In this document: in pieces, positions 34,154-43,283 of the stretch | How the letters are laid out: the number at the start of each line of letters is the position of its first letter | How positions within the stretch are numbered: position 1 is the first letter of the stretch | Source of the DNA: an uncultured Candidatus Saccharibacteria bacterium | GTDB taxonomy: Bacteria; Patescibacteriota; Minisyncoccia; Phycocordibacterales; UBA2163 | DNA: 56,981 nucleotides | NCBI GenBank assembly: GCA_964575575.1 | Contig: CAZNQQ010000002.1 | Span: 1 to 56,981, forward strand | Direction: 5' to 3' | Made by a program: the position numbers and the translations under genes | The notes under the pieces: model-generated | The model's database searches: none | The model's input: only the letters and a program-made list of their open reading frames with translations | What the model was told of the DNA's origin: nothing

Positions 34154-35121
34154 CAAAAATAATAGTGGAAATATGCCAAAACCATAATGGCGACAGAAAG
34201 CAGCTTGAGGAAATGATAGCTCAAGCGGCTAAAAGTGGTGCTGATATTGTTAAGATGCAGTCAATATATTCTGCTGATTTGACCAAAAGAGACCGTTTTG
34301 AAGAAGGTGTGACTGATGAAAATGGTGAACAAACTTCAATCAAAAGACCGTACAAAGATGAATATGAGAGATTATCCAAACTAGATCTTACTATGGATGA
34401 TGAAGCTTTCTTTATTGAGAAATGTAAGGAGTATAACGTTACGCCAATGACTACAATTTTTGCAAGACATAGAATTAAAGAAGTCGCATCTCTTGACTGG
34501 CCAGAAAAAATAATAAAAGTTGCAAGTTATGACTGCGCTAGTCTGCCAATGCTAAGAGAACTCGCTGAGCACTTTGATCACTTTATTATATCAACAGGTG
34601 CTACATACGACAGTGAGATAGAAAGTACTGCTAAATTGATGAAAGATTTGGGTAAAAATTTTTCTTTTCTTCATTGTGTTACGAGTTATCCAAACACACT
34701 GGAGATGGCCAATCTATCACGTATGGAGTGGCTAAGACAATTTACACCAAAAGTCGGATGGTCAGATCATACACTTATTGAAAGAGATGGCATTACAGCA
34801 GCAAAGATAGCGATCATGCTTGGTGCTGATTTTATTGAGCGACATTTTACAACACTGGGACATGGTGATACAAAAGACGGTCCAGTGTCTATAACCCCAG
34901 ACCTACTTAAAGAGCTAAGTGAATTTAGAAAACTCTCATATGAAGAACAGAAAAAACAAATTGAAAAAGAATACCCTAATTGGAAACTACTATTAGGTGT
35001 TCAAACAAGAGAAATGACAAAAACCGAACTACTCAACAGAGACTACTATCGTGGAAGATTTGCCAGCCCAACAAAAGATGGGTGGATTGATAACTGGGAA
35101 GAAAAAGATATAAACAAGTAA
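34150..35121 (+). CDS. NeuB-family aldolase-type synthase (third paralog), lacking a clear SAF domain
   Basis: 323 aa. Shows IIVEICQNHNGDRKQLEEMIAQAAKSGADIVKMQS, KVASYD, WSDHT and IERHFT. A ~30-aa acidic insertion follows the first strand-helix unit. Confidence 0.7.
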   Translation: MTKIIVEICQNHNGDRKQLEEMIAQAAKSGADIVKMQSIYSADLTKRDRFEEGVTDENGEQTSIKRPYKDEYERLSKLDLTMDDEAFFIEKCKEYNVTPMTTIFARHRIKEVASLDWPEKIIKVASYDCASLPMLRELAEHFDHFIISTGATYDSEIESTAKLMKDLGKNFSFLHCVTSYPNTLEMANLSRMEWLRQFTPKVGWSDHTLIERDGITAAKIAIMLGADFIERHFTTLGHGDTKDGPVSITPDLLKELSEFRKLSYEEQKKQIEKEYPNWKLLLGVQTREMTKTELLNRDYYRGRFASPTKDGWIDNWEEKDINK

Positions 35122-35123
35122 CT

Positions 35124-35867
35124 ATGAACAAAAATAAAGAATTAAAAATAATTGCAGTTATGCTTGCACGTGGTGGCTCAAAAGGAATACCAGGAAAAAA
35201 TATTAAAAACCTTGCGGGTAAACCTCTTATCGCATGGACTGGAGATGAAGCGCAGAAATCAAAATATATACAACGCACTATTTTAAGTACAGACTATGAA
35301 GATATCGCAAAAGTCGGAAAAGAGCATGGACTAGAAGTGCCTTTTATAAGACCATCTGAACTCGCTGAAGACATGACTCCAGACCCCCCTACTATTGAGC
35401 ACGCAATCAAATGGCTAGAAGAAAAAGAGGGCTATATACCTGATATTATAGTCCATTTACGCCCCACAGGACCGTTGGTTACAGCAAAAGAGCTCGACGA
35501 AGCAATCAAGCTTTTGATAGATAACCCAGAAGCAGACAGTGTCCGCTCTGTACAAGAACCACCAAAGCCTCCATTTAAGATGTGGACTGTAGATGAAGAA
35601 TATATGACTCCTTTTATAAAAGAGGTAAAAGGTTCAGATGGTAATATAATTAAAGACGCTCACACCGCTCCAAGACAGTTGTTACCAAAAGTTTATCAAA
35701 CAACTGCTGACATTGGTGTGCTAAGACTTAGCACACTTCTTGAAAAGAAATCTGTTATAGGTGATAAAGTATTGCCGTATCATTTAGATAGAGAAACTAT
35801 AGACATAGACACACCGATTGATTTTGAAATTGCGCGTATGATGCTCGAAAAAAGAAGGAAGGCTTAA
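35124..35867 (+). CDS. Acylneuraminate cytidylyltransferase-family enzyme (third CMP-sugar synthetase)
   Basis: 247 aa. Shows IAVMLARGGSKGIPGKNIKNLAGKPLIAWT and LRPTGPL. Confidence 0.85.
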   Translation: MNKNKELKIIAVMLARGGSKGIPGKNIKNLAGKPLIAWTGDEAQKSKYIQRTILSTDYEDIAKVGKEHGLEVPFIRPSELAEDMTPDPPTIEHAIKWLEEKEGYIPDIIVHLRPTGPLVTAKELDEAIKLLIDNPEADSVRSVQEPPKPPFKMWTVDEEYMTPFIKEVKGSDGNIIKDAHTAPRQLLPKVYQTTADIGVLRLSTLLEKKSVIGDKVLPYHLDRETIDIDTPIDFEIARMMLEKRRKA

Positions 35868-37072
35868 TCGCTTTTTATAAATTTAATTATTTTATTTATT
35901 GAATCTAAATCAATATGACCATTGTCGTATTGATTTTCTAATTTATTATTCTTAAACTGATTTAATTTATCCAAAAACATATTATCATTTACTACAACAT
36001 CTTTTACTTTATAATATTTTTTTGCAACTTTATTAAAAGCATCTGACAAAAACAGATTAATGAAGATGGCCGGAACACCACTTGCAAGCACCATGTAGTT
36101 AGTACTTGTCCACGCATCTGTAATACACAAGTCCGACATACAAAGTAGTTCATCTGTATCTGATTCATCCGCAAAAATTTTTACACCAAGCTCTTTGTAG
36201 AATTCATACATGTCTGGCTTATCCGATGGATGTAATTTTAATAAAACATCAGCCTCATCTTTGGTAAATATTTTTCTTACTGTTTGGACAATATTACGAT
36301 ATCTTTTAATCTGTCCTTCTGTTGTAAGATTAGTCCCAGCTTTTAGATGGTGACTTTGTGCGATTATTATAATATTAAGTTTATTAGAATCAATACCGTA
36401 CTTACTCTCCATCTCACACTTAAACATTTGATCTGAAGTAATTTTTTTTCTCATATTATAAACTTTCTGAAAATCTACAATACCAACAGTTTGTATAGTA
36501 TCTAAATCAAAATCAAATTTGAGATTAAAACTCTCTACAGCGTTTTCATCTATAACTCCAACTTTTTTTGGTTTATCTAAAGAATTAAAAGCATTAAAAA
36601 TGAAATCGATAATATAATAGTAGATTTTTTTTATAAATGATTGTTTTATGTGTCTGTCAGAAAATAGGTTTTCAGATGGAATAAGTGCTGTTTGTAAGAC
36701 AATCGTTTCAATATCTAACTTATTAGCTTCACTGATAATCGTATTAAACGGCGGCAACGCTTTTGTCAGCACAATTTTCTTAGGTGATTTTTCTTTTAAG
36801 AAAGATCTGACCGCCTGTGTATATTCCCTTTTACCATATAAAGCTGAAAAAAACGGTACTCTAAACTTTGTCTTATTTAGTCCACTTTCCACAAGATCAT
36901 AATGAAAATTGTTTTCTTTGCAGAATTTTTCCATCTGTTCTCTTCTCTCATTTTTCCCTCTAACAATCAGAAATCGAGCATCATAGCTATCTGAGAGATA
37001 CAGAAAAAGCTTTGCGTAATATTTCATAGAGGCAATATATACTGGCACAAAATATATCTTTGGTTTTTCCAT
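35864..37072 (-). CDS. TagF-like / capsule-type GT-B transferase candidate with an HP motif (CDP- or CMP-activated donor?)
   Basis: 402 aa. VLLKLHPSDK followed by ELLCMSDLCITDAWTSTNYMVLASGVPAIFIN matches the K-x-HP ... LITDYSS ... P-x-I-F pattern of the Glyphos_transf/TagF-type family. Confidence 0.45.
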   Translation of the reverse strand: MEKPKIYFVPVYIASMKYYAKLFLYLSDSYDARFLIVRGKNERREQMEKFCKENNFHYDLVESGLNKTKFRVPFFSALYGKREYTQAVRSFLKEKSPKKIVLTKALPPFNTIISEANKLDIETIVLQTALIPSENLFSDRHIKQSFIKKIYYYIIDFIFNAFNSLDKPKKVGVIDENAVESFNLKFDFDLDTIQTVGIVDFQKVYNMRKKITSDQMFKCEMESKYGIDSNKLNIIIIAQSHHLKAGTNLTTEGQIKRYRNIVQTVRKIFTKDEADVLLKLHPSDKPDMYEFYKELGVKIFADESDTDELLCMSDLCITDAWTSTNYMVLASGVPAIFINLFLSDAFNKVAKKYYKVKDVVVNDNMFLDKLNQFKNNKLENQYDNGHIDLDSINKIIKFIKSD

Positions 37073-37087
37073 TAAATTTATTTAATA

Positions 37088-37113
37088 AACTAACCGCAAT
37101 ATTGCGGCTAGTT
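37088..37113 (-). terminator. Intrinsic terminator closing the fcl-to-DUF4956 gene string
   Basis: 12-bp stem aactaaccgcaa/ttgcggctagtt with one mismatch. Followed on the minus strand by tttattaaataaattt. Confidence 0.55.
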
Positions 37114-37150
37114 ATTTATCTATTATAACATCTCTAATGTATAGAGGTTA

Positions 37151-37837
37151 CTAATATTCTATATCAGACTTTGAGCTTATAATGTGCACATTGTCTACCC
37201 CTTCAATCCTTGAGACCTCTTTTACAAGTTCACTACTTTTTGCCTCATCAATAAACCTCACGCTGTATACCATCTCTGATGAGTGTCCACCTCCTTTTGA
37301 TGAAATATTTAGAAGCATACTGTTTTTTAAATATTTTTCAAATACACCTGAGAAAGAATCTGGTGGATTTCTGTCTGAATCAACTACAAAAGTCAGAAGA
37401 TAGTCATTGTGATGTATTGAACCAAAATTTGTTTTATACATAAGCCAGATAACAACAAGCATAACAACCGTAGATGCAATGGCGATAGTGTAGTTATTTG
37501 TACCAACTGCCATACCCATAGCAAGAGAGAGGAAAATAAAACCTGTGTCTCTCACCTCTTTTACAACAGTACGAAAACGAATAATTGAAAAAGCTCCAAG
37601 CAAACCAAAAGCTACTGCTAGACTGTTTCCAATAACCATCATAATAATTGATGTAACCATACTGACGATTATAAGAGTTGAAGCAAAGTGTTGAGAATAT
37701 GAAAATCCTTTATGTGTTATCTTGTAAACATAAGTAATTGAAATAACCAAAACTAATGTCAAAAACAAATTGAGTACAACATGTCCTATTGTAAAATTCC
37801 CCGCTACATCACCAATTGTAAGTAAATTTTCTATCAT
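37151..37837 (-). CDS. DUF4956-family membrane protein
   Basis: 228 aa. Four N-terminal TM helices with GLLGAFSIIRFRTVVKEVRDTGFIFLSLAMGMAVG (DUF4956 signature as I recall it), then a soluble C-terminal domain. Confidence 0.75.
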   Translation of the reverse strand: MIENLLTIGDVAGNFTIGHVVLNLFLTLVLVISITYVYKITHKGFSYSQHFASTLIIVSMVTSIIMMVIGNSLAVAFGLLGAFSIIRFRTVVKEVRDTGFIFLSLAMGMAVGTNNYTIAIASTVVMLVVIWLMYKTNFGSIHHNDYLLTFVVDSDRNPPDSFSGVFEKYLKNSMLLNISSKGGGHSSEMVYSVRFIDEAKSSELVKEVSRIEGVDNVHIISSKSDIEY

Positions 37838-37842
37838 ATAAA

Positions 37843-38658
37843 TTAATCATTAATCAATAATCTATTTTTGTTTAACCTTAGAGAGTCAGATTGAGAATTA
37901 TTACCCAACGCATGCAACAATGGTAAAGTATAGCACGCCTCAACCCCCTCACAATACTTTGAATATGGCACCCTTTCTAAATTATAAGTCTTTATAATAT
38001 TTTCTATATAAAACGGTAATGCTCCTGTGAACTTTATCTCCATAATAACCTTCGTGCCAGACAGGTCAATAAAACCATTTTCATCATGCAACAAATGCTC
38101 TCCACGCTTTGCTTTTATAGCATAATCAAAGGTGATTCTAACATTTTTATTAAATTTACCCAAATACGGCTCACGATTATATGAAATTAGGATTTTGGGT
38201 GATATGAAGCGGCGTCCCTTTACAGAATGAAATTCTTCCAATATTTCTTTCCTATTTTCATCACGTATTGAGTCAGAATTAAAAAAATCTCCGCGTTCTA
38301 TTAGATTCTCATAATCATTACCCTTTAATACAAAACGGTCTTTAAGAACAACTGAGTCATGCTTTCTTTTTATTTCAAAAAACATATTGGGGCTCAAAAC
38401 TCCGTCGGTACGATATGTTCGCAAACGTATCTTTTTTCTTTTCTTTGCACCGTCTACTTTTTCCCAGTATGAATAGAACTTTGGGCTGTCATAATACAAA
38501 CTTAAGACTTCATAAAAGCCATGCTTTGTATTACCTACAAATTTATCAAGCTCAACATAATTACAAAGAATCTCACGAATTTCTTTAAATTGTTTTGCGT
38601 CTAAAATATATTTGAATTCTAAACGTTGAAAATGAAGTTTTGGTTTTTCTTGTTGCAT
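37843..38658 (-). CDS. VTC-domain (triphosphate-tunnel, polyphosphate-polymerase-like) protein
   Basis: 271 aa. Shows QRLEFKYIL, LSLYYDSP, KKIRLRTY, FFEIKRKHDSVVLKDR and MEIKF, the alternating basic strands of a TTM/VTC tunnel domain. No TM segment. Confidence 0.8.
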   Translation of the reverse strand: MQQEKPKLHFQRLEFKYILDAKQFKEIREILCNYVELDKFVGNTKHGFYEVLSLYYDSPKFYSYWEKVDGAKKRKKIRLRTYRTDGVLSPNMFFEIKRKHDSVVLKDRFVLKGNDYENLIERGDFFNSDSIRDENRKEILEEFHSVKGRRFISPKILISYNREPYLGKFNKNVRITFDYAIKAKRGEHLLHDENGFIDLSGTKVIMEIKFTGALPFYIENIIKTYNLERVPYSKYCEGVEACYTLPLLHALGNNSQSDSLRLNKNRLLIND

Positions 38659-41498
38659 TATTTTATATCTCTTACTAATCCAATTGAAATTATATCTATA
38701 TCCAGAACATCTTTTAGAATATCAGACACCATATCAATATTACCTACATTTTGCAAAGCTTTGTTCTTTGATACGTTACGGATATCCCAAGATGAGATGA
38801 GTGGATCTATAGAAATATTCCCTTCCCCATCATATCCACCCTCAACATCAGAGTAGTAAATCTTTGTTTTTGAAAATTTATCATCTTGTACTTCCACATC
38901 ATTACCCCAAACAATTGAATTGTATACTTTCGCTTCTCCACCATCTTTAAATATTGCCTTTTTCCTGTATGCGTTGAGACCAATCTCGTTGCCGATAATC
39001 ACATTGTTTATAATTCTTGGTGTTGAACTATCTTTTGTTTCAATACCAATCTTACATTTTTTAAGTACATTATTAAAAATAATTGGCTTTTTTGAATTTT
39101 CTCCAATACTAATGCATTTATCTCCTGATTCATTTATATAATTATCAGAAATTAATATACTTGAGCCAGATATATCAATACTGTCGTTTCCATTCTTATC
39201 AAAAAAATTACTCTTAATCTCTCCATCTGCATAATCAATATCTATAGCATCAGCCGAGTTTCTCACAAACTTATTGTCAAAAATATTTGCTACAGCGTAT
39301 TTTACATTAATACCGTCATCTCCTTTTGCATCTTCAATGGTACTATTAGAGACTTCTATATTAGAATGGTAAGCTGACAATTGACCTGAGAAAAACACAC
39401 CATTTATGTAAGCATTACTCCCACTCTCAAATACAGTATTTTTAAAGATACTTTGGCTCTCTTCTGCCCCTAAAACGCCCAAAATGCCCCATATTTGGCC
39501 CGTAAACGGCCTAAATACGATCGGACTATAGAAAGTACCTACTGCCTCAATTGGGCTGTAAGAAACTAAGGAAACGCCTTTTGCGAAGTTCAGTACTGCA
39601 CCGGGCATAATTTTCAATCTATAGCCTTTTGGCACTACTATATTTTCACTAAAATAGTAGTTACCGCTTGGAAGTATTATGTTGTCACCAGAGCGTATAA
39701 ACATCCAGTGCTTAGCGACAAACTGATTAATCGTCTGACTTATATCAGAAAAGTAATTAAAAGTAGTTGCATCAACATATCTCTTGTCTTTTATTTTCAC
39801 TTTTTTATTTGTTATAGCGTTGTCAGTATTTATTTTTATATCTGTTGGATTTATAGCTTGCGCATTATCATTTAATTTTATGAATACAGTGTGTTTTGTA
39901 TCATACAAAAAGTAATCAATATTATCGAATAGAATTTTGTCGTCTTCTTTTTTTGCTGAGTAAACTAAAAATTCATCATTCAAATCAAACTCTTCATCTT
40001 TATCAGTATCGTAATAAACAGAACCGTTGAATACATCGCTTGGAATTGATATTGATTTAAGTGTAAGCCCTGCAAAATTATCAACAAAGAAATCGAGTGC
40101 TATAAGATTTTTATCAGTGTCATACCTGATCACTAATCTCGAATTATCTGTTTTAAATAATTCTTTTATGTCATCTATATTATTTTCAAATTGTTTACGA
40201 ACTTGCTTAACTTTTTTATCAAATTTAAAATTACTGTCGTGCTTCTTCCAATCAGAATAAAAATTTGCTTTCAGTCTTTTGTACATTTTATCATAAAAAT
40301 CAAAATCGTCTTTTATATTATCTTTGTCGTTCACATACTCCCATAATATTTTATTGCGCTCATATACACGCCCTGAATCACTAAAGAGTTTTCTTCCTAC
40401 AAGAGTATTTATGGATATCCTACTTGGAGGAGCAGGAAATACTTCTAAGTCCCATGGTATAAATTCAAATTTTCCACTACTGTTGTTAAAATACAAACGT
40501 ATGTTGCCTTCGTCACTTGGGTGGTCACTTCCTGCAAGCATTAAAGCCACTTGCCATTTATATAAACTTTCTACATCAATCAGGTCGCCTGCAATTTCTG
40601 AAAAGTTTTCTTGTTCTATTACTTTCGTAAGCATGTCAATTTCTGCATAGTTTTCATAATCAAAAATCTTATCATTTACTGGTTTTGTCCAAAATCTCTC
40701 GTCCTCAAAAATAGATCTACCATCTTCTTCAAAAGTAGAGTTTTGTATATATTCGTCATCATTTGAATAAATATTTGCATCTGCTGGAAGCTTGTTTTTT
40801 TCAAGAGATTCACTACTCCAATCCTCAATCTGATAATACACACCATGGTTACTGCCATTTATTCTAAGTCCTACATATTCGGCTTCTGGGAAACTAAGTC
40901 CTAGCTTATCTGCACGGTAATTATTAAGATATTCTGCAAAGTATGCTCTGTCGTCGGGTATTATAAGTTTAATAATGCGCAAACCTTCAAATAAATCGTC
41001 TTTATCAAACTTTATTTGCCATGAACGTTTTGCTCGTGTCCAATGGTTTGGATTGTCTCCCCTATAACGTACCTTTACATCATATTCTTTACCTTTATAT
41101 GTAAATTTAGCTGGGACTGTTTTTTTATGTTCTTCAGAAAGCCACTGGGTCCCCGCAAGTACTCCATCAGACAAAGAGCTTGGTAAGTTTTTATTAAGTG
41201 CACGTAAATCTTTGCTTTTTATTACTAACTTATATTGTGGTATGTCAGCGCCACCCAACATCTTTGGAATATAGAAAATATTTAGCCCTGTTTTGCTTAT
41301 CTCCCTAACAGAACGATAAACGGGTAGAAGGATTTTTACTCCTTTATTGAATACAAGCTGTGATCTATTTTTAGACACATATTGAAATGCAAAAACGAAA
41401 TTTCCGACAACTAACATGGCAAGCAAAACAAGCACACCGTACTTTATATATCTGCGAGTAAGTAATCTTTTTAAATATTGTTTATAAAAATATTTCAT
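38658..41498 (-). CDS. Membrane-anchored CotH-kinase-family protein with C-terminal right-handed parallel beta-helix repeats
   Basis: 946 aa. N-terminal TM YGVLVLLAMLVVGNFVFAF. CotH-like core: KVRYRGDNPNHWTRAKRSWQIKFDKDDLFEGLRIIKLIIPDD and NGSNHGVYYQIEDW. C-terminal PbH1-type repeats: NSADAIDIDYADGEIKSNFF, NGNDSIDISGSS, GDKCISIG and IINNVIIGNEIGL. Confidence 0.8.
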   Translation of the reverse strand: MKYFYKQYLKRLLTRRYIKYGVLVLLAMLVVGNFVFAFQYVSKNRSQLVFNKGVKILLPVYRSVREISKTGLNIFYIPKMLGGADIPQYKLVIKSKDLRALNKNLPSSLSDGVLAGTQWLSEEHKKTVPAKFTYKGKEYDVKVRYRGDNPNHWTRAKRSWQIKFDKDDLFEGLRIIKLIIPDDRAYFAEYLNNYRADKLGLSFPEAEYVGLRINGSNHGVYYQIEDWSSESLEKNKLPADANIYSNDDEYIQNSTFEEDGRSIFEDERFWTKPVNDKIFDYENYAEIDMLTKVIEQENFSEIAGDLIDVESLYKWQVALMLAGSDHPSDEGNIRLYFNNSSGKFEFIPWDLEVFPAPPSRISINTLVGRKLFSDSGRVYERNKILWEYVNDKDNIKDDFDFYDKMYKRLKANFYSDWKKHDSNFKFDKKVKQVRKQFENNIDDIKELFKTDNSRLVIRYDTDKNLIALDFFVDNFAGLTLKSISIPSDVFNGSVYYDTDKDEEFDLNDEFLVYSAKKEDDKILFDNIDYFLYDTKHTVFIKLNDNAQAINPTDIKINTDNAITNKKVKIKDKRYVDATTFNYFSDISQTINQFVAKHWMFIRSGDNIILPSGNYYFSENIVVPKGYRLKIMPGAVLNFAKGVSLVSYSPIEAVGTFYSPIVFRPFTGQIWGILGVLGAEESQSIFKNTVFESGSNAYINGVFFSGQLSAYHSNIEVSNSTIEDAKGDDGINVKYAVANIFDNKFVRNSADAIDIDYADGEIKSNFFDKNGNDSIDISGSSILISDNYINESGDKCISIGENSKKPIIFNNVLKKCKIGIETKDSSTPRIINNVIIGNEIGLNAYRKKAIFKDGGEAKVYNSIVWGNDVEVQDDKFSKTKIYYSDVEGGYDGEGNISIDPLISSWDIRNVSKNKALQNVGNIDMVSDILKDVLDIDIISIGLVRDIK

Positions 41499-41501
41499 AT
41501 T

Positions 41502-43283
41502 TTACTTCCTAATATTATACATCTTGTAGAAATACGACTCTTTGTCTTTTAATAGCTCTTTTGGTGAACCTTTTTCACTGATTACGCCGTTTTCGATTAC
41601 TAATAGTTTATCAGAGTTTGTAATAGTTGAAAGTCTATGTGCAATGACAAGTATTGTTGTATCTCCTTTTAATTCTTCTATTACTTTCTGTACCTGCATT
41701 TCTGATTCATTATCAAGCGCACTTGTCGCTTCATCAAGCAAGAGAATGCTCGGCTGTTTTACAAGCACGCGCGCAATAGCAACTCTTTGTCTCTGACCTA
41801 CAGAGATCTGTATGCCACGCTCCCCAACTACAGTATTGAAACCGTCTGGAAGTGTTTTTATAAAATCATATATGTTTGCTTTCTTTGCTGCATCTATTAT
41901 TTCTTCTTCACTTATTGAATCTCTGTAAAATCTAATATTGTTTGCAATCGTATCATTAGTTAAGAAAATATCTTGAGAAATATAACCTACATTTTCACGC
42001 CAATCGCCCATCTTAATTGAATGAATATCTTTACCATCAAGATTAATTGAACCAGAATCTGGCGTAAAGAGCCTTAGAAGTAGATCGAACAATGTGGTCT
42101 TACCAGCACCTGACAGACCTATAATACCTATCATTTCACCCTTTTTTATAGACAAATTAACGTCTTTGAGTACACCTCTCTTTTCTTCGTACGAGAACAC
42201 AACATCCTTAAACTCTATAGAATCCTCAAATTCAAATGGGAGTTCGCCTTTGTCACCCTCTTGGTTTTCAAGTGCTTTTTGTCTATACTTCATAGTTTCG
42301 TAAAGATATGGGAACAGATTGTTTACCGTATGATAGTTTGACTGTAATATCTGAATGTATGAAAAGATTCTCTGTATCAAATACACCACAGCAAGTAATA
42401 CTGCAAAATTAAAAGCCGGAATAATATGTACCGAACCGGCAAATACAACTGCAATAAATATTACACTTATAGGTTGTATAAATACGGTTGAAAAAGCGCC
42501 AAGCATTGATGTCCTTATCTGAAAATCTTTCAAACTGTCAAAATGCTTGTTAGCTCTTTTTACAATAGCGTTTTCTGCTTTCATTGACTTCACCACCTTC
42601 ATGCCAAAGATTGATTCACTTACAGTGTTTGCAACTGTTTTATTCATTAGACTTCCTTTGTGCGATAATTGGCGTGTACGATATACCAATGGTTTAAATG
42701 AGATAAATATTAAAACACCAATACCTAATGTAACTACAGTAATCTGCCACGAAATATTTATAGCAACAGCAACGTACATTGTAAGTGCTGTAAAAATCAT
42801 GATTGTTTCTGCAATACTGGAGAACAACTTTGCACTTTGACGCACATCTGTAATAAGCACTGTTTCAAGATTTCCTGAGCGTTGTTTTAGTAGATATGGC
42901 CATTTGCTTTTGAGAGTACCACCAAACAAATCGCTTCTCATCTCTCTTTCATAATCAGCACGAATCTTTATCTTTATATAATTAAAAATAAGTAATACAA
43001 CCGCCTTAAGTAAGAAAGAGACAGAAATAAATATAAGTAGATATACTAAAGTAAATGGAATCCCTGCAAATGTAAAAGCTTTCTCAAGAGTTCGTGAAAT
43101 GAAATCTACTTCTCCAGCAGGATTACCAAAGAAAGAAGACAGTAACGGAATAAAGGCATTAACTCCAACACCTTCAATAATGCCGCTCAAAAAACCAAGT
43201 CCAGTCAAAACAATCACTTGGAATTTGTATTTTCTAAACGCGCGAAGAAATAAATCTATAAATATTTGATACTTTTTTTTCAT
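41502..43283 (-). CDS. ABC exporter, fused permease-ATPase (MsbA/lipid-glycan flippase-like)
   Basis: 593 aa. Six N-terminal TM helices, Walker A GLSGAGKTT, signature VGQRQR, Walker B ILLLDEATSALD. Confidence 0.9.
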   Translation of the reverse strand: MKKKYQIFIDLFLRAFRKYKFQVIVLTGLGFLSGIIEGVGVNAFIPLLSSFFGNPAGEVDFISRTLEKAFTFAGIPFTLVYLLIFISVSFLLKAVVLLIFNYIKIKIRADYEREMRSDLFGGTLKSKWPYLLKQRSGNLETVLITDVRQSAKLFSSIAETIMIFTALTMYVAVAINISWQITVVTLGIGVLIFISFKPLVYRTRQLSHKGSLMNKTVANTVSESIFGMKVVKSMKAENAIVKRANKHFDSLKDFQIRTSMLGAFSTVFIQPISVIFIAVVFAGSVHIIPAFNFAVLLAVVYLIQRIFSYIQILQSNYHTVNNLFPYLYETMKYRQKALENQEGDKGELPFEFEDSIEFKDVVFSYEEKRGVLKDVNLSIKKGEMIGIIGLSGAGKTTLFDLLLRLFTPDSGSINLDGKDIHSIKMGDWRENVGYISQDIFLTNDTIANNIRFYRDSISEEEIIDAAKKANIYDFIKTLPDGFNTVVGERGIQISVGQRQRVAIARVLVKQPSILLLDEATSALDNESEMQVQKVIEELKGDTTILVIAHRLSTITNSDKLLVIENGVISEKGSPKELLKDKESYFYKMYNIRK

